A stretch of DNA of 11,136 nt. It comes from an uncultured delta proteobacterium (GTDB lineage Bacteria > Myxococcota_A > Polyangia > Fen-1088). Under the pieces are notes generated by a model. The model worked only from the letters and a program-made list of their open reading frames with translations. It did not search any database and was not told the origin of the DNA. Positions 1 to 6,634 of this stretch are shown in pieces (within the stretch, counting starts at the first letter, position 1; every line of letters begins with the position of its first letter). The position numbers were made by a program, and so were the translations under genes. The stretch covers positions 1-11,136 of the forward strand of contig CAVTRY010000003.1 of the NCBI GenBank assembly GCA_963737265.1, written 5' to 3'.

Positions 1-1337
1 AGATCCTTGCCGCCGCACTTACAGCATTCCGTTGGCGTCTGGCGCGCCACGGTGGGCGCTTTACAGGCCGCGCAGTACCACGCCGGGATACGATGGCCCC
101 ACCACAGCTGGCGCGAGATGCACCAGTCGCGGATGTTGTTCATCCAGTGGTAGAAGGTCTTGGTCCAGGTCTCGGGGACGAATCGTGTCTTGCCCTGCTC
201 CACCGCCTCGATGGCGGGCTTGGCCAGCGGTTCCATTTTGACGAACCACTGGGTCGACAGCATGGGCTCGACGATGGTACGGCAGCGCTGGCAGTGCCCC
301 ACCGCGTGCACGTGTGGCTTGCCGCCACGTTCGAGGCCGAGCTCGGCGATCTTGGCCTTGACCTGCTTGCGCGCCTCGAAGCGGTCGAGGCCGGCAAAGG
401 GACCGCCCTCGGCGGTGACGACACCCTTTTCGTCGAAGATGGTGATGAACGCCAGGTTGTGGCGCTGACCGCAGTCAAAGTCGTTGGGGTCGTGAGCAGG
501 CGTGACTTTGACCGCGCCGGTGCCGAACTTCGGATCGACCAGCACCGGATCCGCGATGATGGGGAAATCGCGCCCAGTGAACGGGTGCTTGATCATTTTG
601 CCGATCTTCGTCCGATGGCGGGGATCGTCGGGATGAACGGCAACGGCGGTATCGCCCAGCATGGTTTCGGGCCGGGTGGTTGCGACGATGACCTCGCCCG
701 AGCCGTCCGCAAGTGGATAGGCGAACTCCCACAGCTCGCCCTGCGCGCCCTCGTCGTGCTCGACCTCGAGATCGGAAAGCGCGGTTCGGCACGACACGCA
801 CCAGTTGATGAGGCGGCGGTCGCGGTAGATGAGGCCTTCTTCGTATAGGCGAACGAAGGCTTCGATGACGGCCTTCGAATACTCGGGCTCCATGGTGAAT
901 TTCAGGCGCTCCCAGTCGAGCGAGCAGCCCATCACCTTGAGTTGTTCGAGAATGCGGTGGCCGTAGCGCTCGCGCCACTGCCAGATGCGTTTGACGAATT
1001 CCTCGCGTCCGAGGTCGTGGCGGGATTTCTTTTCGGTCGCACGCAGCTCGCGTTCGACCACCAATTGCGTGGCGATGCCGGCGTGGTCGGTGCCCGGCAG
1101 CCACATGGCGTTGTAAGCGGCCATGCGGCGCCAGCGGGTGAGAATGTCCTGAATCGTGCACGTCAGGGCGTGTCCCATGTGCAGCGCCCCGGTCACGTTG
1201 GGTGGCGGAATCACGATGCAGAAAGGTGCCTTGGGGGTGGCGGCGTCAGCGTGGAAGTAGCGGTTGCTTTGCCACTCCTGGTACCAGCGCGATTCAATTG
1301 CCGTAGGATCGTAATTCTTGGCGAGATCGTCGGTCAT
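1..1337 (-). CDS. valS: Valyl-tRNA synthetase, N-terminal ~445 aa (3' end lies outside the window)
   Basis: Manual translation from ATG at 1337: MTDDLAKNYDPTAIESRWYQEW...FCIVIPPPNVTGALHMGHAL (class I HIGH motif as HMGH). The same frame at the left edge reads ISRQLWWGHRIPAWYCAAC...CCKCGGKD, typical of ValRS. Absent from the ORF track, presumably because it has no stop in the window. Confidence 0.98.
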   Translation of the reverse strand, partial: MTDDLAKNYDPTAIESRWYQEWQSNRYFHADAATPKAPFCIVIPPPNVTGALHMGHALTCTIQDILTRWRRMAAYNAMWLPGTDHAGIATQLVVERELRATEKKSRHDLGREEFVKRIWQWRERYGHRILEQLKVMGCSLDWERLKFTMEPEYSKAVIEAFVRLYEEGLIYRDRRLINWCVSCRTALSDLEVEHDEGAQGELWEFAYPLADGSGEVIVATTRPETMLGDTAVAVHPDDPRHRTKIGKMIKHPFTGRDFPIIADPVLVDPKFGTGAVKVTPAHDPNDFDCGQRHNLAFITIFDEKGVVTAEGGPFAGLDRFEARKQVKAKIAELGLERGGKPHVHAVGHCQRCRTIVEPMLSTQWFVKMEPLAKPAIEAVEQGKTRFVPETWTKTFYHWMNNIRDWCISRQLWWGHRIPAWYCAACKAPTVARQTPTECCKCGGKD

Positions 1338-1381
1338 GGCGCAATCAATCGAGAAAGAGGTCGCAAGGGGTGGAACGGAGA

Positions 1382-2644
1382 CTACTTCTTGGAGTTCGCC
1401 AGACGATCGATTTCCTGCCGGATGATCGCTTCGGCAAGCTCCGGGACGACTTCCCACACGACCTGCTCGATGATCTCGCGGGAGAGCTTGGCAATGGCTT
1501 CGTATTCGGGACCGCGCGCCGCTAACGCGGCAACTTTGCGGTCGACTGCCGACGCGACTGTAGCTGCCAGGGGAGGCGCGGCGATGTCGGGTGCCCTGGC
1601 GGACACGGTAGGTGGCACGGGCGAACCTGCCGGGCGGTCGGATGCGGATAGCGCCGGGGTCGGCGTCGCGGTCGGTACGAAGCGAGGGACGACCGGGCGA
1701 GCGATGGCTGGCGGAGTTTCCGTCGGTGGCAATGGCGTTGGCGCCTTGACGGTGATGGGCCCCTCTAGCGGCGGCGAGATGGTGGGTGGCAGGGGATGAG
1801 CGGGAACCACCGGCGTGGGCGCGGGCGTTAGGCGCGGCGGAGGTGGCGGCAACGGCAGGGCGGGCTTGTTCGCCACTGGGGGCTTGGCCGAAGGGAATCC
1901 CATCATGGTCCGGTTCATGGGCGACCGCGCGGCCGCGGGTGTGGGCGCCGAGGCTGATGGCTGCGGTGTCACGCCCGAGCGCACCGCGGGCACGCTGGCG
2001 GACGGACGCGTACCGGGAATCAGCGACGGCCGCGGCGAGCTCGGCGCGACCGGGGACGGCGCAGGGCTCGCGGCGACAATCGGTCGCGCGCCCGAAGGCC
2101 GGGACGGCGGCTTCGCGCCCCACGGTGTGGTGGGCGGCACTGGGCTGCGCTCGATGGTGATTTCACCGTAGCTGTCGTCGTCAAGGTCCGGAATATCTCG
2201 ATCGGAAATCCGCGCGGTATTGTCGTCGTAGTCGGCCGAAAACTGCGGCATCACCGCCGAAATCGGCCGCGCGGGCGACGCCATGGCCGAAGCCACGGCA
2301 TCGAGCAGCGCTTGACTCTCGAACGGCTTCGCCAGATGGCCATCGGCACCAACCTTGCGCCCGCGGGCTTCGTCGTAGGGCGTTTGGTTCGACGTCAGGA
2401 GGTATACCGGTACGTCCCGCAAGCTCGGCTCGGCCTTGATCTCCGCGCAAAGATCGTAGCCGCTGCCGTTCCCCAGCGCGACATCGGAAAGGACGAGATC
2501 GGGACGGCCATTCGATTTCGTGGCGACAAGGGCATCGTCCACGGATTTGGCGAAGCTCAGCACGTAGTCTGAGCCATCCATCACCATGGCAAATGCCTTT
2601 TGGATCGTGAGGCTGTCGTCTGCGACCAGGATGCGCTTGCTCAT
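1382..2644 (-). CDS. romR: RomR-like polarity response regulator (receiver domain, long Pro/Ala/Ser-rich linker, helical C-terminal domain), ~420 aa
   Basis: Receiver from ATG 2644: MSKRILVADDS...DLVLSD...YLLTS...LAKPF (acidic pocket, phospho-Asp, Thr and Lys-Pro all present). A low-complexity Pro-rich linker follows, then LSREIIEQVVWEVVPELAEAIIRQEIDRL, resembling the RomR C-terminal region. The ORF track start at 2683 is probably too early. Confidence 0.85.
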   Translation of the reverse strand: MSKRILVADDSLTIQKAFAMVMDGSDYVLSFAKSVDDALVATKSNGRPDLVLSDVALGNGSGYDLCAEIKAEPSLRDVPVYLLTSNQTPYDEARGRKVGADGHLAKPFESQALLDAVASAMASPARPISAVMPQFSADYDDNTARISDRDIPDLDDDSYGEITIERSPVPPTTPWGAKPPSRPSGARPIVAASPAPSPVAPSSPRPSLIPGTRPSASVPAVRSGVTPQPSASAPTPAAARSPMNRTMMGFPSAKPPVANKPALPLPPPPPRLTPAPTPVVPAHPLPPTISPPLEGPITVKAPTPLPPTETPPAIARPVVPRFVPTATPTPALSASDRPAGSPVPPTVSARAPDIAAPPLAATVASAVDRKVAALAARGPEYEAIAKLSREIIEQVVWEVVPELAEAIIRQEIDRLANSKK

Positions 2645-2689
2645 CAAATACCCAGCGTCGTTCATCGATAACATGGAGGGCAAATTGGG

Positions 2690-2793
2690 TCAATTGCGCA
2701 GACAGGCAATTGATCGCAATCGTGGCTTGCGATCTGGCACCCCTTGCGACGGAAAATGGCCAGAAGCGGGCGGAAATACCGGAACGCCGGTAT
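2690..2793. promoter_or_regulatory. Cluster of three perfect inverted repeats in the divergent romR / yfiM-like intergenic region
   Basis: TCAATTGC-N8-GCAATTGA (2690-2713), GATCGCAA-N7-TTGCGATC (2712-2734) and ATACCGG-N4-CCGGTAT (2776-2793). The repeats are seen directly; a regulatory role is inferred. Confidence 0.4.
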
Positions 2794-2805
2794 GATGAGG
2801 AAGGC

Positions 2806-3186
2806 GTGCTGCACTTTCGGGAAAAGCGTGAAAAACGAGTGGCCGTTGTCGTGGTCTCCTACTTCGTGGCACTCGCGCCCTGTCTTGTTGCTGCACCGTG
2901 CTCCGCCGCGGACAACGATCCCTGGTTCGGCCAAGATAAGGCCCTGCACTTTTCCGCGGCTTTCATGCTGGCGGGTGACGGCTACGCAGCCGCTGGCGCC
3001 GCGAGATGCCGCGAGGGTGTCCGCTTCGGCGTCGGCGCAGGCGTCGCGTTTGCAGCGGGAGTGTCCAAGGAAGTGTACGATAGGTATTCAGGTGGCGATG
3101 CATCCATGCGTGACTTGACCTGGGACGTGGTGGGAGCGGCGACAGGGTCAATCGTCTCCTGGCTCATAGACCGCTACCTTTTCTGA
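2806..3186 (+). CDS. Small YfiM/DUF2279-like membrane or exported protein
   Basis: Motifs DPWFGQDKALHF...KEVYD...GDASMRDLTWDVVGAATG and Gly/Ala-rich hydrophobic helices; signal-peptide-like N-terminus. GTG 2806 follows GAGGAAGG. Start uncertain (GTG 2839 or the ORF track's 2710 are alternatives). Confidence 0.75.
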   Translation: MLHFREKREKRVAVVVVSYFVALAPCLVAAPCSAADNDPWFGQDKALHFSAAFMLAGDGYAAAGAARCREGVRFGVGAGVAFAAGVSKEVYDRYSGGDASMRDLTWDVVGAATGSIVSWLIDRYLF

Positions 3187-3203
3187 TGTGATGGAGTAAC
3201 CCG

Positions 3204-4018
3204 ATGAACGAATTCCGCCCCGAAAGCACCGCCCACTACCCGCTCGCCTACAAGAACGAAAAATTTCTCGACAGCGACGACGCCCGCGCCCTGCGCATCT
3301 TGGCCGAATACCTCGAACCGCTTCATCGCTTTCGAGAGCAAAAGATACCGGGAACCGTGGTCTTCTTCGGTTCGGCGCGCCTTTCGCCGGATGGCCCGCT
3401 CGGCCAGCTTCTATGCCGACGCCCGCGAGCTCGCGCGCCTCTACACGGCGTGGTCGAACAGCCTGCCGCCCGGCGCACCACGCTTTCTCGTTTGCTCGGG
3501 CGGCGGCCACGGCATCATGGAGGCGGCCAACCGAGGCGCCGCGGATGCAGGCGGGCGCACCATCGGGCTCAACATCAGCCTGCCCGAGGAGCAAAAGGCC
3601 AACGACTACGTCACGCCCGATCTCTCGTTCGAGTTTCACTACTTCTTCATGCGCAAGCTGTGGTTCGCCCACCTGGCGCGCGCGGTGGTGGTGTTCCCGG
3701 GCGGCTTCGGCACGCATTGACGAGATGTCCGAAATTCTGACCCTGGCGCAAACGCGCAAGCTCGAAGGCAAGATGACCGTGCTGCTGTACGGAAAAGACT
3801 ATTGGAAAGAAATCATCAACTTCGAGGCCCTGGTGAAGTACGGCGTGATCGGCCGGGACGATCTCGACCTCTTCAGTTTTGCCAATTCGCCGGCGGAAGC
3901 GCTTGACCTGCTCAAGAAGGGCATCTCGCCCGAAGAGATTGCGTCCACGCCGGTGTTCGCCAAGACCAGGACTTCGCACCATTTGGCCCCGTACGTCTAC
4001 CAAAGGAGCGGCGATTGA
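3204..4018 (+). CDS. LOG (Lonely Guy)/TIGR00730-family nucleotide phosphoribohydrolase, ~270 aa after correcting two +1 frame breaks (~3404-3408 and ~3715-3716)
   Basis: Three successive frames join into one protein: TVVFFGSAR / [17 protein letters not shown]...[16 protein letters not shown]...[11 protein letters not shown]...VFPGGFGT / [12 protein letters not shown]. Removing one base restores the PGGxGTxDE signature. GGAG RBS before ATG 3204. Confidence 0.92.
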
Positions 4019-5423
4019 TTGAGCTAGAATTCATCGGCGCCGCGCGCGCCGTCACGGGTTCCAAACACCTCGTGCGCACCTCGCGGGCCACGGTCCTGCT
4101 CGACTGCGGCCTGTTCCAGGGACGCCGGCGAGAGTCGAACGAGCAAAACCGCGGCGCTGCACGTTCCGGTCGACGACCTCGATGCGGTCGTGCTCTCGCA
4201 CGCCCACATCGATCACGCCGGCCTGCTGCCCATGCTCTATAAAAAGGGCTATCGCGGTCCTGTTTATGCCACGCCGGCCACGCGCGACCTGTGCACGCCC
4301 ATGCTGTTGGATGCCGCCATGATCCAAGAAGCCGACGCGCGCGCACATCCAGAAACTGATCGAACGCGACGGCCTCGACATGGAGCCGGTCGAGCCGCTC
4401 TACGGCCACGAAGACGTCACCGGCTTGCTCGGCCAGATCGTCGGCCTACCTTACCGCCGCGCCCACGAAATCGCGCCCGGGGTGGTGCTGAAGCTGCTCG
4501 ACGCCGGTCACGTCCTCGGCAGCTCCATCGTCGTGCTCGATATCGAGGACGACGGCACGCACACGCGCCTGGCCTACGCCGTGGATCTCGGTCGCAAGGG
4601 ACTGCCCATCCTGCGCGAGCCGGAAATTCCCGGCGGCATCGAGTGCCTCATCAGCGAGAGCACGTACGGCGACAGACTGCATTCGCCCATCGAAGAAGTC
4701 GACGACGCGCTGGCCGCGGTGGTGAACCGAACCGTCAAGCGCGGCGGCAAGATCCTCATTCCGGCCTTTGCCCTCGAACGCGCGCAAGAGGTGGTCTACG
4801 CCCTCAAGCGGTTGCGCGCGACCCAAAAAGTGCCGACCGTTCCGGTGTACGTCGATTCGCCGCTCACCGTGAAGCTGACCGACGTCTTCAAGATGCACCC
4901 CGAGTGCTACGACAAAAAGACCTACGCACGCCTCGTCGGCGGCGATCCACCCTTCGAGTTCGATGGTCTGCACTATGTTTCCGACAAGGAAGAATCGAAG
5001 GCCATCGCGGCGCAGCCCGGGCCCTGCATCATCATCGCCGCCAGCGGCATGTGCGAAGCCGGTCGCATCTTGCACCACCTGCGCGAAGGCGTCGAGGATC
5101 AGCGCAACACCATCCTAATCGTCGGGTTCCAGGCGCAGCACACGCTCGGCCGTCGCATCGTCGAGCACCATCGCGAGGTCAAGGTCTTCGGGGTCATGCG
5201 GCGCCTGGCGGCGGAGGTCGCCGTGCTGAATGGCTTCTCCGCCCATGCCGATCAGAATGAGCTGGTCGCCTTCGCCGAGGCCGTGCGTGCCCAAGGCAAA
5301 CTACGCCAGATCATCTTGGTCCACGGCGAACCTCCCGCGCAGGCCGCGCTCACGGCCAAGCTGACAGGGCAAGGCTTTCCCACCGTGATCACGCCTGGGC
5401 CGGGCGACAAGATTCGACTCTGA
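4015..5423 (+). CDS. MBL-fold beta-CASP RNA-processing nuclease (COG1236/YSH1-like), ~468 aa after correcting two +1 frame breaks (~4153 and ~4343)
   Basis: Motifs across three frames: GAARAVTGS...LLDCGLFQG / LSHAHIDHAG (HxHxDH) / AGHVLGS, DLG, ESTYG, IPAFALERAQE, SGMCEAGRILHH, GFSAHAD, LVHGE. The TTG start overlaps the LOG stop (TTGA) with AAAGGAG just upstream. Confidence 0.93.
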
Positions 5424-5462
5424 CCGAGCCCGTTTTCCGCTGGGCTGGCCGAGATCCCTCGT

Positions 5463-6356
5463 CTACACCAAGCGGTCGAGCAAAAACGTCGCGACGGCGT
5501 GAGCGTCGCCGCGCGCTCCTTCGAGCGCGTTGCACTTGCGCGAAACCGCTTCGAGTGCGCGCAGGACCTGTTCGGGATGGCGCTGGGCCGCCACCGCGTG
5601 CTTGAACATGGCTAGCAAGGATTTTCCGCGCGACAGCAGCTTCGGCCTGAACACGGCGCCCGACTGGTAGGGCGCGAACACGACGATGCCGACGGGCAAC
5701 GGCTTGGGCACACCAGGATCATCCGCCTCGTCCGCCCAGCTTGACAACGACTTCCCCTCGTCGGGCCAGATGGGCAAGCGCGCCGGATAGGGCTGCACGT
5801 TGTTGCCCTCTAGCACCGCGTATTCGTCGGAAAAGCAGGTCGCCCCGCAACGAACCAAGGCGCGCACCAGGGTGCTCTTGCCCGAGCGCGGCCCGCCCGG
5901 CATGACAATCGCCCGATCCCGCCAGCCCACCACGCCGGCGCGCAAAAACACGCGCCGGGGTGAGCGCTCGGCCACCAGCCACTTTAAATCTTCCTCGAAC
6001 GCATCCCCGACTTCCGCGACGTCGGCGGAGCGAACCAGCGACCTGCCGTCCGCCAGCAGCGCAAAACTGGCAACGGGTTCCGATGACGTCGCCGGCAGAC
6101 TGCGAAAAGCGTACGTGCGCGATTGCGCCTTGCTGGTGGTCGGTGCCGCGCTGGGCGGCATGCGATCGAGCAGCATGTGGAAGGCCGAGGTATCGTCGGA
6201 CTGGACCGCCCAGGACACACCGAACGCCGTGTATTTCCCACGCGCGACCCAACCGCCATCCGTGGCAAGAGTCGCCTGTGCTATCCGCGCCTCGATCCGG
6301 CGGGTTTCTTCTAGACTGGCGATAACGCTTGTGTCGTCCATGCTGTTCTCGACCAA
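5463..6356 (-). CDS. HPr-kinase-related P-loop protein (HprK-like kinase, not canonical HprK/P)
   Basis: VFLRAGVV...AIVMPGGPRSGKSTLVRAL (Walker A) followed by GATCFSDEYAVL, the HprK-type acidic motif. The N-terminus does not resemble canonical HprK. AAGAGGGA lies 8 nt before TTG 6356 (alternative ATG 6341). Confidence 0.75.
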   Translation of the reverse strand: MVENSMDDTSVIASLEETRRIEARIAQATLATDGGWVARGKYTAFGVSWAVQSDDTSAFHMLLDRMPPSAAPTTSKAQSRTYAFRSLPATSSEPVASFALLADGRSLVRSADVAEVGDAFEEDLKWLVAERSPRRVFLRAGVVGWRDRAIVMPGGPRSGKSTLVRALVRCGATCFSDEYAVLEGNNVQPYPARLPIWPDEGKSLSSWADEADDPGVPKPLPVGIVVFAPYQSGAVFRPKLLSRGKSLLAMFKHAVAAQRHPEQVLRALEAVSRKCNALEGARGDAHAVATFLLDRLV

Positions 6357-6401
6357 GGCTGCGATCCCTCTTGACTAAAGTACGACAGATTTCGTCTTAA
6401 A

Positions 6402-6505
6402 TTGAGTTGCACCCTTGCCGATATTGTTGTCGGTGGCGCGTCCCGACGGACGTAGTCTTCCGTCCTACAGGTCTTTGGGATCCACACAAGGTGACAACAG
6501 CTCAA
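6402..6505. ncRNA. Candidate structured RNA element (unclassified)
   Basis: Nested complementary segments read by eye: TTGAG 6402-6406/CTCAA 6501-6505; TGTTGTC 6425-6431/GACAACA 6493-6499; GTGG 6433-6436/CCAC 6482-6485; TCCC 6441-6444/GGGA 6477-6480; GACGGA 6445-6450/TCCGTC 6459-6464. No known family recognised. Confidence 0.25.
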
Positions 6506-6510
6506 CCAGC

Positions 6511-6550
6511 GAAGATGGGAAGGAAGATGGAAGATGGAAGGAAGATGGAA
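6511..6550. repeat. Purine-rich short tandem repeat, four copies of GAAGATGG
   Basis: Copies at 6511, 6523, 6530 and 6541; the 40 nt contain no C and only four T on the + strand. Confidence 0.85.
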
Positions 6551-6561
6551 CGACGGGATGA

Positions 6562-6576
6562 ACGGTTATAAACCGT
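6562..6576. promoter_or_regulatory. Palindromic operator-like site upstream of zwf
   Basis: ACGGTT-ATA-AACCGT perfect inverted repeat ~60 bp before the likely zwf ATG, overlapping a TATAAA -10-like hexamer (6567-6572). Confidence 0.35.
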
Positions 6577-6634
6577 CGGCAGAAGCGCGATGTACGTTCT
6601 GCCTGACCGCAAATCGGGCGCTATGCTTGCCGGC

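Noticed and set aside
93-1799. Long + strand ORFs 93..848 and 942..1799
   Set aside because: Antisense shadows of valS and romR, common in high-GC DNA; no recognisable motifs.
1560-2150. Low-complexity GC-rich sequence suggesting a repeat array
   Set aside because: Explained by the Pro/Ala-rich linker of the RomR-like protein; no regular unit or spacers.
2735-2747. TGGCAC-ccc-TTGC resembling a sigma-54 promoter
   Set aside because: GG-to-GC spacing is 8 nt rather than the required 10.
5424-5462. AGCCC...GGGCT hairpin between convergent genes as a terminator
   Set aside because: Short stem, large loop and no U-tract on either strand.
6311-6505. 64-aa minus-strand ORF as a RiPP precursor for the HprK-like kinase
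   Set aside because: Overlaps the kinase start out of frame, has no evident RBS or leader/core pattern, and no PqqD-like or maturation genes are nearby.
6379-6560. CRISPR array, tRNA or known riboswitch (c-di-GMP, TPP, T-box) in the intergenic region
   Set aside because: No repeat-spacer periodicity, cloverleaf or recognisable consensus seen by eye.
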